From the NCBI GenBank assembly GCA_028534125.1, contig CM052832.1, positions 10,170,001 through 10,230,000 of the forward strand: a DNA stretch of 60,000 nucleotides, written 5' to 3'. The position numbers were made by a program, and so were the translations under genes. Shown here piece after piece: positions 13,444-27,180 of the stretch (position 1 is the stretch's first letter; the number at the start of each line of letters is the position of its first letter). The DNA is from Lama glama (lineage: Eukaryota). Under the pieces are notes generated by a model. The model did no database searches. It saw nothing but the letters and a program-made list of their open reading frames with translations, and was not told the DNA's origin.

Positions 13444-13943
13444 NNNNNNNNNNNNNNNNNNNNNNNNNNNNNNNNNNNNNNNNNNNNNNNNNNNNNNNNN
13501 NNNNNNNNNNNNNNNNNNNNNNNNNNNNNNNNNNNNNNNNNNNNNNNNNNNNNNNNNNNNNNNNNNNNNNNNNNNNNNNNNNNNNNNNNNNNNNNNNNNN
13601 NNNNNNNNNNNNNNNNNNNNNNNNNNNNNNNNNNNNNNNNNNNNNNNNNNNNNNNNNNNNNNNNNNNNNNNNNNNNNNNNNNNNNNNNNNNNNNNNNNNN
13701 NNNNNNNNNNNNNNNNNNNNNNNNNNNNNNNNNNNNNNNNNNNNNNNNNNNNNNNNNNNNNNNNNNNNNNNNNNNNNNNNNNNNNNNNNNNNNNNNNNNN
13801 NNNNNNNNNNNNNNNNNNNNNNNNNNNNNNNNNNNNNNNNNNNNNNNNNNNNNNNNNNNNNNNNNNNNNNNNNNNNNNNNNNNNNNNNNNNNNNNNNNNN
13901 NNNNNNNNNNNNNNNNNNNNNNNNNNNNNNNNNNNNNNNNNNN
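13444..13943. other. Assembly gap (500 N)
   Basis: Run of exactly 500 N, probably a placeholder of uncertain true size. Confidence 1.
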
Positions 13944-16900
13944 GGGGTGCGTCTTGTCACTGGGTCCTTAGGACAACCCCATGAAGGCAGAGAAGTGTGC
14001 GACTGGGAGTAAGTCACCTCTACTGGCAGGAACAAACACTGGAGCTCCTTTACTGAAGACCAAGTCCCTCAAAGCCCTACAGAACAGATAGCAAGGAGTT
14101 CGCCTCTATGTAAATGCCTCTTTGTTGTATCACACGAGGGGCAAGGACGGTGGGTGCCCAGGTCTCACCAGTCAGGCTCCTGGAGGCTGTCCCCTTTGTG
14201 CACTGCTAGTTCTGTGCACTGCCTTCCTCCTCCTCTCTCTCTGCCCCTACGACTCCCCTTTCGCTCCCAAGCTCACCCATGAAATAGGTGTCCAAGGCCC
14301 ACCGACAGATTTAAATCAGTGGTTTCTGAGTTTCTACCTCTTTTGGCTCTAAAGGGGAAGGGGCCCCATTAGTGGGAAGAGATGATGGCCAAGGCCAATT
14401 TCATCCTAAATTCTCCAAGAGCAAACACACTCTACCACCCACAATCCATCTTGTGATAGGAAAACATGTTTCTACAATCGGCATGCCCTTCTTCAACTCC
14501 TGTGGAACAAGTGCCCTGAGTGCTGAGGTACAGCCCTCCCCTCCCTGAGTCCACTGCCATCATCCAAGGACTTCCCTGTCAACCTGAGGACCTCTCGGCT
14601 CAGCCCTCCGGGAGGATGGCGCTGACCCCTGAGACATTGTGTCTGATTGCCCAGCTGAGTCCATTAGAAGGTAGTGAAGGGAATTCATGTCATCCCGGCA
14701 CCCTGGGGAGAGACTTCTGAGAAGCACTGATCCGGAAGCTGTTCATCTCAGTGCATCTTCTTCCTGCCCAGGAGAACCCAGCCGCGTGGAGGTAGTAAAT
14801 GCACTGCGTGCAGCGTTTGCTTTCTGAGGTTGCTCGTTGGGGACCTGCACTTTAGCGCTTCCAAAGCTGCCCCTGTTTGTGACGTTGACCCAAAAGGGCA
14901 GGGCAAGGGAGGGACCGCAGTTGAATGGGCTGTGTTTCCCAAACTGTAGTCCTCAGACCAGCCGCATCAGATTCTCTGGGGCGTTTGTTTAAAATGCAGA
15001 TGCCTGGGGCCCCTCCAGATCTACTTAATCATAGCCTGCAGCTGTCTCTTGGTGGTTCTCAAGCTTGTTTGGGAGACAAGATTCCAAGAAGCCATTATGC
15101 TCCTTTCCAAACACCACGACACATTGCTATATTCATCCTGAGTTAACCAACTGCGCGATTTGGTGGGCTTGTGTGCTAAATTTAATTACAGATGAAGTAA
15201 CACAAGTCCAATGTATTAAGCTTGCCTGAGGGCTTAGATACAGTAAAGCGGAAGACAGACGGTTGTGCTGGATGCTCTCCCGTTTGCACCTGCAGGCCCA
15301 CTCTCCATCCTTCTCCTCCCTGATCTGTAGCTGGGAACCTGACCAACGTGGGCTAAGTCAGCAGGCTCCCTTGCCCACCAGCTCCTGGGGGTTAGCCGGT
15401 GGGCAGCATGAAAGAAGAGCGGGGATGGGAAGAGAATGAGATCAGAGATTTTATCCTCCGGGCTCCCTCACTGGGGCGGCATGAGGGGCTGCATTCCTCT
15501 ACTCAAGGCCCCTCTAAGCCCCTCACCAAAGTGCTGCTATCTCCAAGTTCAGGCAGCCGTTCCAGTCCCTTGCTCCATGCGGCCTACAGGCGGTAATGCC
15601 TCACCGCTGTCTCCAGGGCCTGCAGCATGCCTTCCTGGTTCCCCCAGTTCCACTTGTGCTTTCATTAAACGCTTCTCAGTTACCTGTTCCAGTGAGCCGC
15701 CTGTTTCTTGCTGGGACCTTTCCCTATACAACAGTGTCATGTGGTTAGTTACCCAGGACTTGGAATTAAACAGCGCCCAGGTTTGAATCCCAGCTCTGCA
15801 ACATCCTTGAAATATGTCCCATCTTGAGTAAATTCAGTTAATTCCGCTAGACCTCAGCCGAGAGAGATTCCTCATTGCCTTAAAGGGCAGAATAGTCAGC
15901 ACCAGTCATGATTCTTGATGCTACCAATTGAATCCAGTTCTGGCATCTTAACTGCAGAGGAATTTAGAAGACTATCAGTAGCTCACAGAGCTGATGGCAG
16001 TGCTGAAGGACCAGGTTTAGAAAACAGCAGACACCAAGTTACAGCTTGAGACGTCCAGTGATGGAGCCGTGGTCACTGCCCCTGCCCACTGGAAGCCTCC
16101 AAGTACTTTGTCACCATACTATTCCTGGACTCTCAGGACTTAAACTGCCTCTGGGGAATTCATCTCTAACTGGCCCTTCATCTCGTACCGCACCCTTAGG
16201 ATCCAGAATCAGGGGCAGAATCATGCATTTGGCCAAGCTTAGGTCAAGTCACTGGCCCGTACCATAGATGCTCGGGAGAAGGGGCAGGAGAAATTCTGCC
16301 TCTGTGCTCAGTAGAAGGGGAAGTAGAACTCTGTGTCCTCAGGACACCTGCACATTGGGGCACATGCCCCAGATGGAAAAGGTACTGGGTACCAGAGAGC
16401 CAAAGGATGATGAATATCCATTACCCAATCCCCAAACTGATAGAATTAAATGAGATAACCCAAGTAAAGCATCTGGCGCACAGTAGGACTTCAATCCGTG
16501 GCAGTCACTCCTGGTACTATTCTAACCGTGGTCTCCAGGCTCAGGCCCGGACTGGGAGCTCGGGGAAGCACAGCCCTCACGCACAGGCAGCACCCCTGAG
16601 GAATGCTTCAGGGCCCACCTGATTCACACAGAGCTTTCACAGGCGTTGCCTGTTTGGCCCACTTGCCTCAGAATCACCTAGGCTGCTTGTTAAAGTGCAG
16701 AATCTTTGGGGGTGGAGCCCAGGCAGGTGTACGCTTGCCAGGCTTCCTGAGTGATTCAGCCACACGCCCATCCTCGAGAACTGTGGTGTGGAGGAAGATG
16801 AGAGATGGAGGGCCATCAGGAAGGTTTACCCCGGGCCTCGGAGGGCACGTCAGATCTGCGGGACACAGTGTCAGGCAGGCAGGGAGAACGGCAGGAGGGG

Positions 16901-17322
16901 TTGCGGGAGGTAGTGGTCAGTGGCCAGTGACGAGAATGTCTTGGTGACCCAAGGAACTGAGTGGAGCAGGGGTGGGACATCGGGTGGCTGGGTGTAGGCT
17001 TGCTCCGGTGGAGAATGGGGAGCTTCTGAGCGTTGCCCAATGGGGCTGTGACTTGATGAAATCAGGAAGGAAGATGTCACAAGGGCAGTGATCTCCCTTT
17101 TCTCTTCCTTCTTTTTCTGCATTTTCCTGAGCTGCTCCCTCTCGCCACATTTCCCTCAGGGTTTCTCAATTGCCAAGTGACAACCACGCCTCTCAGGGAA
17201 GACGGAAAACATCCAAGTGGGGCAACATCCTGTAGCCAGTGGAAGAAGTGCTGGAGTGGCTGGCACCTGTGGGTCCAGGGAACAGGATGGAGCGGAGGAG
17301 AGGGGCTCTGGGGGTGGTCATG

Positions 17323-17324
<2 letters not shown>

Positions 17325-17354
<30 letters not shown>

Positions 17355-17355
17355 G
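17325..17355. repeat. (GT)n microsatellite
   Basis: Direct dinucleotide run. Confidence 0.9.
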
Positions 17356-18329
17356 CACGAGTGGGCAATATACACACATGGAACTGGGGCTGACGTGGAC
17401 AGATCATTTTCAGTTCCTGCCCTTTTCAGTTCTCACTCCTCAGGTGAGGCAGCCTCCCGAGGGGTCCCCAGGACAGGACACACCCAGGGAAGTAGCAGAC
17501 TCGCCTTTCTAACCGGGTCTAACATCTGCCTGGTTCACTCGCTGAGTATGAATTAAATAAAATCTTTAAGATCACTCCTCCCAGCAGAATTTGAGGATTC
17601 GTTCATTCCCACATTCTCATGGAAACTGAGTCTTATCCAACTTTCCCATTCCTGCCAATCTGATGAGTACAAAGCAACATCTCAGTGTTTTAAAATCAAT
17701 ATTTCTCTGGTAACTAATGAGGCCAAACCTCTCCTCATGGGCTTACTAGGTATCTGGATCTTTACTGCACTGTATCGCCTACTTCTGTCCATTTTCCTGC
17801 TGGCTTTCCTTTCTCCTGCTGGCTGACTTTTAATAACCCCTTGGTTCGCTTAGATGTTAATCTATGGTCAGTTTTAGACATTTCTCTCAGTCTCTCATCT
17901 GTTACTTGTCAAGCGCACACAAGACAAAGGCAAGGCCAAGGCCTGACTGATTCTCCCAAGAAAGATACAATCAGCCGCTTTCAGATTTAGACAGTTTGTT
18001 ACTTACATAGGCAGCGATGGGCAGATCAACCAAAGGTGCTGGCTTCCGTGGTCCTCGTCCCACACGCCGGAACAGCAGGGGCCAGACAACTGCGCCGGGA
18101 GTTGTGCAACACCCCCAGCTGAGGACCCGGTCCCGACCGCTGCTCAGTGGTCGTAGAGACTGCAGCTCCGTCCTGAGATCTGGCCCAACACGAGAGGTGG
18201 TGAGAAACCGTCTCCCGGGGAAGATGGGGAGGTGAGTGGGAGGTGCTCGCACAGGCCTCTCAGTCTCTGTCATTCCAGGAAAATCAAAGGGCTTTCTTGC
18301 CATGACTCAGATTAGCTGTAGTTCAAGCC

Positions 18330-18900
18330 TTCACCTGTGTGGCTTCTGTGCACGCAAGATGGCCAGGCTGTCCTTGTGGCACTTTTGTCCCCAGTATCCT
18401 TTGTTTGAAAAATAAGTTTATGTCATGAACTGAAACCATCTCTAACCACCATCCGTCTTGACCCTGAGAACTGAAACCACACGTCACTGTCTGTATTAAC
18501 ATGGTGTTGCTAGTGCCCCGTCCTTGTTGGTGTCCCTTTATTTTCCTGGAGTTTTCTTGCCCCGGCAAATGATTAGATGGTTCATTATAAAAACTTCCTG
18601 GAAGACTCACTATCTCTTCAAAGGAAAGTATCAAGGGATAGTTTGCACCCTAAGATTCTTCGAATCCCTGCCTCAGAATCCTGCTGTTTCTACCAATCCT
18701 GGACTATTGTGTTGTAATCCTTCTTCAGTCTTACTCCAGCCCCTTCTTTGAAAGACTTGCCTTGAACCAAACCTCACAGTACGTTGTGACCTTGCCTCCC
18801 TCAAAGGCACACAGCTCTGTCGGAGTGGCATCCTCCCTGACCACCACGAGCAATAAACTCAGGTTGTGTGGGCGATGCTCGGGAAGCCAGTGTTCAGCAA
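18330..18900 (+). mobile_element. Probable ERV solo LTR
   Basis: TATA-like ttataaaa near 18586, AATAAA near 18852, ends ...cagca; boundaries approximate. Confidence 0.5.
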
Positions 18901-19049
18901 TGTCATTAAGTCCATCCATTTCCCCTTCATGACTTAAGGTTTTGGGATGTTTTTCCCAATCTGAAGCATAATAATAATCTAAATATTGTCTTTCAGACAA
19001 TGTATGGAGATATTCTCACACATTACTTTCTATTAGCCTGACAGTTTTT

Positions 19050-19170
19050 AAAAATATTTTATTTATCTATTTTGGGTTTTTTTTTTTTGGAAGGGGAGGT
19101 AATGAGGTATATTTATTTATTTTAATGGAAGTCCTGGGGACTAAACCCAGGAATATACCTTCCTACCTAG
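19050..19170 (-). mobile_element. Internally deleted camelid-type SINE
   Basis: ggggaggtaatgaggtatatttatttattttaatggaagtcctggggactaaacccagga with T-rich tail. Confidence 0.7.
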
Positions 19171-20959
19171 CTTTACAGTGTTGACACACACAGGGCACAA
19201 CCAAGAAATCCAGCCCTTAGGAGGGGGCAGGGTCTTGTTAAAATCCACCTCCATCTAGACCTGTGCTAGTTCTCTAGCCTTTGAACACACGTGCCTATCT
19301 GCACGTGAAGTTAATTAAAAGCAGATGAAAAATAAGAATCTGTTTCCTCGGTTGCACTTGCCACAGAGCTGAACAACCCTACGTGGCGAGTGGCTATTGT
19401 GTTGGACAGAAAGATACAGAACATCTCCATCATCATGGGAAATTCTGTGGGACAGCACTGCTTTCTATATTTCTGTTTCAACATAACTATCCGGCTAACA
19501 GAGCTTTCAGTTCCTTGTTATAAATTTAGCTTCTTATTAATACAGATTAAAACTTTCTATAGCACATGGCACTTTCACACCTGAGCAGTTTGATTTATAG
19601 TTTCCATTTAACAAAAGCAGATTTTCCTCTTAAAGAGAGAATCACACATCTGATTTTTTATTTTCCTTTCTCAAAGAAAGTGTTTATATTATGTTGGTGC
19701 CTCAGTCCTTTTGGCCTATTCCTCCCAAGTCTCCTCCAAAGTCTCCCTGTCCCTGCATGTCTACTTGGATGGATGACAGGGACACACTGCCAGAGGCCAG
19801 GGTGCACTGCAGGCTGCTCAGTGGTGGGCAAAGCGCTGGGTGTGTGTTGGAGAACAGGGTTCAAATGCCCAGCTCGGCTGTGACATCTGTCTGTGGCGTC
19901 TGGAAACATGGGCAAGTCACTGGCCTGCTTGGCATCTCAGCCTCCACGAGGAAAAAGGCAGGAGGCTGGAGATGTGCTGCGTGGTCCCCTCCCCATCTGA
20001 TCAAGCGTGTGCGTGACGCTGATGCAAGGTTGAGCAAAGCAGGGCTCACACAGTTCAGTGAGAGAGGCTGGCTTGGCCCTGAGGGGTCTCACAGGCTGTC
20101 TGGAGAGGATGGAAGAATGTCCACAACAGGGTAGTGACAGAACACAGCCCAGGAGCAGGGCCCAGGATGCTCCAGGGGGCTCACGCTGGCTGCAGGCTGG
20201 AGTCCTCTGCACCAGCTTCTTGCGAGAGGGCCCCCTTGTGATCCCACACAAGTGAGGCTAGTTGGGGAGCAGCCCTGGGAGGCATTTTCATTCCAGGGGC
20301 TGGGGAAGGGGACAAGCCCCAGCACAGTCACACTGGGGGATAGAGACAGGGTGGGCACAGATTATGGGGGCTTAACGCAGGCCCACACCTCTAACTGAGC
20401 CAAGAAGTCCAGTTAATGCAGGGCAGCTGAGTGCTCTCATGAGACCCGTGGTGAGGACAGGCGGTCCAGGGCAGGAAGCGGCTGTAGACCCCTCCCCACC
20501 CTCCCCTCTTCTCCAGGCTGCCTCCGGCTGCCTAGTGACAGTGTGGGCTTCAGGCCTCCCCTACATTTCCTCAGAAACTCCAGCTTCCCACTCCTCTCTC
20601 CTGTTGTCCCCCTTCTCCCTGGGGCTCCCGAGGGCCCGGATCCACAGCAGGACGAGGACAGGGAGATTTCTGCTCATTTTAGGGAGGTGTGAACATCACG
20701 CTACCTGAACAGGACGCTGGGAGAACACACTCAGGGAGAGCTGGGTTACGACCATCTGGGAAAAGCAGCCCTGTGAACCAGCGCCCGCCGGGATGAATAC
20801 AGGACCCGCGTGCGGCGCAGCGAGCCCACCTGACAGACTGGTCACTTAAACGACTGCTGTCGGCATTGTTTACATCTAACCAAACTGTTTAAAAAAATAT
20901 TTTCTTTGTTTGCTATCAAGTACTTACAGATTTTGTACAAATGGTCTCTCAACTTTTTA

Positions 20960-21785
20960 AGTGAATTTTTATTTGTTTTATAGTAGTTTTAGATTTCAGA
21001 AGAGTGAGGCCATCACAGAGAGCTCCCACATCCCCCACGCCCAGTTTCCCTTATTGACGTCCCTTACGTGAGTATGGCACAGTTGGCGTAACTACTGAAC
21101 CAGTAATGATATATTATAATTGGCTGAAGTCACACTTCATTCAGGGTTCCTTAGCTCTCACCTGATGTCTTTTTTCTGTTCCAGGATCCCATCCAGGACA
21201 TCTCATTACATTTAGTCTTCGTGTCTCCTTGAGCTCTTCTCAGCTATGACCATTTCTCAGAATTTCCTCTTTTTCTTTTTTTGGTGGCTTTGACAGTTTT
21301 GAGGAATACTGGTCAGGTATTTTGTAGAGTCTTTCATGGGAGCGCTGTCTGATGTTTTTTCCTCATGGAGTCTGGGGGAAGAAGACCACAGAGGTCAAGT
21401 TCCATGCTCATCACACAATGTCGGGGGTACATGCTATCAGCATGATTATCACTGTCGATTTCCGGTGATTCTGAGGTGGTGATTGTCAGATTTGTCCACC
21501 GCAAAGTTCCCCTTCCCCGCCGTTTTCATACTGTCCTCTTTGGAAGGACAGCACTAGGGATGGCCCACACTGAGTGGGTGAGCTTCCCCTTCTTGAGGGC
21601 AGAGTATCTACATGAATTATTTGGGATTCTTCTGCAGGGGAGATTTGCCTATTCTTCCCCATTTATTTATTTATTCAAACATTTCTTTGTATTCGTGCAG
21701 ACGCCTGGACATTTACTTTCTACTGTAGGTTATAATCCAACACCACTTTATTTTGTTGCTCAGATTATTCCAATGTTGGCCATAT
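20960..21785 (-). mobile_element. Old L1M 3' fragment
   Basis: ttctgttccaggatcccatccagga...gaggaatactggtcaggtattttgtaga, typical of L1MC antisense. Confidence 0.7.
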
Positions 21786-23715
21786 TTTCCCTCACATTGT
21801 TTTCCATACACATTGTTAAAACGAAAGGCTTTTTCGTCTTTTCACCCACTCATGTATTCCTCCAAGCAATGCTGGTTGAGCTCCACTAGGGAGAGAGGAC
21901 TGGAGATTCGGAGATGACGATGCTGAGAGCCCTTCCTGCTCTCTCCTCCCACAGATCCACTCCCTCTCACCTTCCTTTCCCATAATCCCCACTCAGCTGT
22001 CTTTCTGCCACCCCTCCCCAGCCCCCACCTTTCCCAGGGACCATTCTTACAATTCCTGGAATTAAAACTCTGCTCCCCAGCCCCCTAGGGCTAAGGGACT
22101 GCCTCTGGGTCCACTACTTCCTCTCACAGCTTTGGAGCCAGACCTCATTCTGTCTTCTAGGCCTCTGGACCATCATTGCTTTCTCTTCTCTTTAGCCCTG
22201 ACCACTTCTCCCATGTGGACCTCCACTCGGCTTCTACAAGTGCAGGTGAGTCTGGGGTTTCAGCGCAGGGAGGGAGGAAGCAGGGCCAGACAGCTTGAGT
22301 GACTGCAGATTCAGGGAGGGAGGCACCAGGGAGGCCTGCTTCTGGGGGCTGAGTCCTTGGGGCCTGGGCTGGAGGGAAGCTACATTCAGGGCTTGCTGGG
22401 TTTAAGACCCAGGGAGAAAAACATGTACTATCTGATGTGATAACAAAGGCAGCCATGGATAGGGTAGGCAACCCAAGAGGCAAGTCTGTCCTGGAAGACC
22501 CAGGACCCGTGTGTCCCGCCCTGCCCCTCCACACCCCCCAACCCAGGGAGAAGCTCCTCCTCTCTGGGCCTGGACTTCAGCTGGTTATAAAATCCCAGGC
22601 CTCAGTCCCCTTTGGCTTGAGGGACCCTTAAGGCTCTGTCCCCTCTTTACTTCCCCTCAAGGATTTTTGGGGGCCAATCCCATTCTCTATTCTGGTCTCC
22701 TGGGCAGCCCCTGTTGCCTTTGTGTCTTCCTCAGTTATGAGCACTTCTCCAGAGGGGATCTCTGGCCCGTCTCCCATCAAGGGTTCTGAGCACAGGTAGG
22801 TCAGGGTCTCACCAGGAGGGAGGGGCCTGGGAAGGATGGCTGGGTAGCTTATGCAGCCTCGGAATCAGGAAGACAGGACCCAAGGATTCTTTCCAAGGTG
22901 ACTGAAGCACAGGGTGCTGCAGAGGAGCCCCCAGGGCTCAGACACAGATTTGGGGAGAGAGGAGAGGGGAGGAGGATAAGGTCATTCACTTTGGAGGAAC
23001 TGGGGAAAAGACGGTGAGACAGGGGTTTCTGGGTTGAGACCAGAGGGAACCAAAACAAGGTGGGAGTTGGAGGCTGTGCTGCGAGGGTTGAACTGTGGGT
23101 GTGGAGAGCGGGACCACAGCCTGGGGCAGATGGTGGCTGGAGACATAGCAAGAAACAGGTGAGAGGAAATTGTGATTTCAGCTCTTGACTCTTGCAGTCA
23201 AGGGCCTTGCGTCATCATCGCGTCCCTTCAGCACAGAAACAGGCTGCAACACCCCAGGTCACAGGTGCTCAAGGGGACCATGAGGCACGGCAAAAGCAGT
23301 GGAGTATGGATGAATATAGATGGCCAGCGGCCAGTAGGCATTCATCTCCTAACCCCTTCCTCCTCCAAACTCCAAGGCAGGTGGATTACAACGTAAGGAA
23401 CATCCCCCAAAGAGTTTAAAGCGGAAACCCTGACCAGTTTAAAGGTGAAACGGCAGCCAATGACGGGACCCAAGAGGGAGCCCCTCATGCTGTGAGGCTT
23501 AGCCCTTCCACTTTTAAAAGTCCACAGGCAGCAGGATTTGGGCTTTATTCTTTCCCATTACCTATCATCAGACTGTATAGGATGACCCCAGGGGAGTCTG
23601 AATTCAGAAGCCAAAATAACTTGGCATTTTAGGAGAACTACTATCTTAAAAGAATGACAACACACCAAGCAACAGAAATCCTCTGAAGCAGAACTGAGGG
23701 AACTGACAGCACAAT

Positions 23716-23912
23716 ACAGTTAGTTGCCCCTTGGTGTCTTGGGGCTTTGGTTCCAGAACCCCCATGGATACCAAAATCCGTGGGTGCTCCAGTTCCTTGT
23801 ATGAAATGGTGTAGTATTTGCATGTAACCTAAGCATATCCTCCCGTACACCTCAAATCAACTCTAGATTACTTATAATACCTGCTATGATGTAAGTGTTA
23901 TATAAATAGTTG
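23716..23912 (+). mobile_element. MER2/Tigger-like DNA transposon fragment
   Basis: ggttccagaacccccatggataccaaaatcc...gtagtatttgcatgtaaccta...ctctagattacttataatacct. Confidence 0.75.
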
Positions 23913-23929
23913 AATTTAAGGTAAAAAAA

Positions 23930-26900
23930 ATTAAAAGACAAGTATAGATAATATATATTTGTGAAAGGCATAATTGATAAGAAGAAACCATCATAAACAT
24001 ACGTGAACCTAAGTATGTGGCCATAAAATACATCAAGTAACATTATCAGAAATGCAAGGAGAAGTAAATAATTAACACTTGTAATTGGAAAGTCAGATCC
24101 CTCTCAAAAGACTATAGATCAATTAAATAAAAAATAGAGAGAAAAATCCAAGTTCTAAATGAGATAAATTCCAAACATCATACATATTTACATAATATTT
24201 TCAAATATGTTACATATTATTTTATGATAAATACAATATGAAATATTATAAAATATTAAACTGTAAGAAGCTGTATTTTAAAATAAATAATATTTACAAA
24301 CATATAAGGTATATTTACATGTTTTAAGTGTTTTCAACTGTATAAATGTATTATGAATATTTGATAAAACATATGTATAAATATATATAAAGTATACATA
24401 TGCACACACATATATAAAACACTGTACATGAATAGAAAAAGATAATATACTAATATACATTCTTTCAAACATGCAGAGAATATTTACAAAAGCAAATCTC
24501 ACATGAGGAAATAAAAGAAGCTTTTTAATTAATAAGATGTGGACTATATTCTCCATACATAATGCAATAAAATTAAGAATGCATAGAAGCAAAGCTAAAA
24601 AAAGTTTTGAAATGAAATAATAGTTATTAATATATTATTACATAAGTCTATTATATATTATACAAATATATTACTAGATTATTATATAAATATTTAAGTA
24701 TATAATAAAATATATTATGATAATATAAACACTACATATCGAATTTATGGGGCATAGCTAATATTTAGAGGGTAGATTAATAGTATTAAATACATTTGTC
24801 AGACACATAAAAGGTTAAAAGCAAATGATCTAAGTAGGCTCAGGAAGACAGAAAGTGAGCAGAGAGCGTACATAAAGAAATATAAAGGATAAAAAATGTT
24901 AAAAAAAAAAGAAATATAAAGGAAAAAAATCATAATAGTGATGGCCTGAAATTAATTAAATGAATTACAAATATGGGGATTAAGAAAAGTCATAATTCAT
25001 TCTTTCAAAAGTTTAATAAGATAGACCTGCTTCTGTCAAGATTGATGAAGATAAAAGAAGATATAGTCAATTGAAAGAAAAGAATAAAATAACCTATAAA
25101 TAAATAAATCCTAAACAAATTCTTTTTGATAATCCAAGAGTGCATAAAATTCCCTAAAAAATTCTTAAAATACCCAAATCACCACAAGAAGAAGTAGATT
25201 GGAATAGATTAATAAATGTTAAAGAAATTGAAATGTTAGATAAAGATCTATCCTCATAAAAATTTCAAGGCTTAGGTGGTTTTATGGGTATTTCCAATAT
25301 TTAAAGAAATATTTGATTCATATTTTATACAAGATGATGCAGAAAACAGAAAACCAGCAAAAGCTACCCAGCTTGTTTTAAGAGGCTGGTGTCATCTTAT
25401 TCTCAAAACCAGCTAAGGATAATACAAGAGAATTAAATGATAGGTTTATTTCTCAGATGAACATAGAGTTAAAACCCAAAATAAATATTAGCTAACTGAA
25501 TTCAACAGTATACCAAAAAAAAAAAGACAAAGAATATTACAATCATGTGGGGTTTATCCCAGGACCAGGATTGTCAACTTCAGAAAATCTGTCATTGTAA
25601 ATTAACCAAATTAATAAACTACAGGGGAAAAGTTAACTGATACAGAAAAAACATTTGAAACAGTTCAACACATTTATTATTACAAGGAAAACCTCTTAAT
25701 AAAATAGAAATAGGAAGAAATGACTTGGTAAAGACTGCATACTAATGACTACAGTAAACCTAGTGGAGAAAGTATAAATTCAAATTAAGTATTTCCAAAG
25801 CTACCACTAATGCTTAATACAGTATTAGAGATCCTGGCCTTTATAAGATGCTATAAGAAAAGCAAAACAGGTAAGAGGAAAGAAGATTTGACTGGAAGAG
25901 TGAAAACTGTCACAATTTACACATGATGGGATCATCTGCCTAGAAAAAAATAAGCAGAAAATCTATAAACGGTTAGATCTCACAGGAGCATTTCGCAAGG
26001 CTGCCAAGTACAATATCAACTGGCAAACATCAGCAGTACCTCTGTACACTAGGAATAATCACTTAGCAAAGCTAATCAAAATAAGACACTATACATAATA
26101 AAAACAAAGTCTATAAGGTATCCAGGAGGAATTAATTTAACCAAGGTCTCTCTGGAGAAAACTTTAGAATACCAATTAGTGAAATACATAAACAGAAATA
26201 ATTTATGATCTTGGATGAGACTATAATATTATAAAAATGTCAATTTTCCCCCAGTTAAAATTTCTAAATGTAATCCCAAACACAATTTGAGTTTAACTTT
26301 TTAAAGCCCTTGATAAACTTACTCTGAAATAATATGGAAACACCAAGGTGCATGAATAGCTATGTCAACCATGAGAAAGTAAAAATAAAAAGGGAAGATA
26401 AGTCCTACCAAATACACTACTAAGTAATACAACTGATGGCAGTGGGGGGAAGCAAGAATTGATCAGTGAATCACAGGACAGGCTAAAGAGTTCCAGGAGA
26501 TCTGTGTGTAGATAGGAATGTATCTTATGATAAGGTAGAACCATGAACCAAGGGGGCAAAGGCCCATCATTTGTTGGACATCCTTGGGAAAGCTGGCAGA
26601 GCATTAAAAAAAAATCAACAACAAAAAACCTGGATCCCTCCCTAACACTATATCCAAAGATGAACTCCAGATGGATTCAAGATATATATGCAAAAAATAA
26701 AATTATTAAGTTAATAGGAAGAAAACCTGCAGATGAATATCTGTGTTGCCTAAGGATGAGGGAGGACTTCTTGTACAAAGCTTCAAGAGAACAAACCATG
26801 TGGCAAGAAATCATTAATTGGATTACATCAAGATGGAGGAATTCTACTCCATGAATAAAACTATGGGAAAAGTTATCAAGCAGATGACAGACTGGGGGAA

Positions 26901-27180
26901 ATTAACTCAAAATGTCTAAACCTAACACAGCAATATGATCCATAATATACAAAGAGTTAATGGTAGTCAACAAAAAAGGCAGGAATCTCAGTAGAAAATG
27001 GGTAAAGCAATAAGAAAGGCAGTTTATAGAAGAGGAAATCCAAAAGGCATACAAGCGAAGTTCTCACTTGTTAGTGATCAAAGAAATGTCAATTAAAAAA
27101 CTTTATAACTGTTCAACTGGCAAAATGAGGATGCTGTAAAGTGCTCAGTATCGTTAGGGATGTGGCACATAGGTACCCTG
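23930..27180 (+). mobile_element. Decayed L1 ORF2 (old L1M)
   Basis: A-rich; RT-region remnants such as catgtggggtttatcccagga and ctggatccctccctaacactatatccaaagatgaactccagatgga. Confidence 0.8.

Noticed and set aside
13364..14035. Long ORFs of 206 and 219 aa
   Set aside because: Artefacts of the N gap
14122..14352. Hydrophobic LCALLVLCTAFLLLSLC as a candidate TREM1 TM exon
   Set aside because: No TM lysine, no TREM1 similarity, and derived from CT-rich low-complexity DNA
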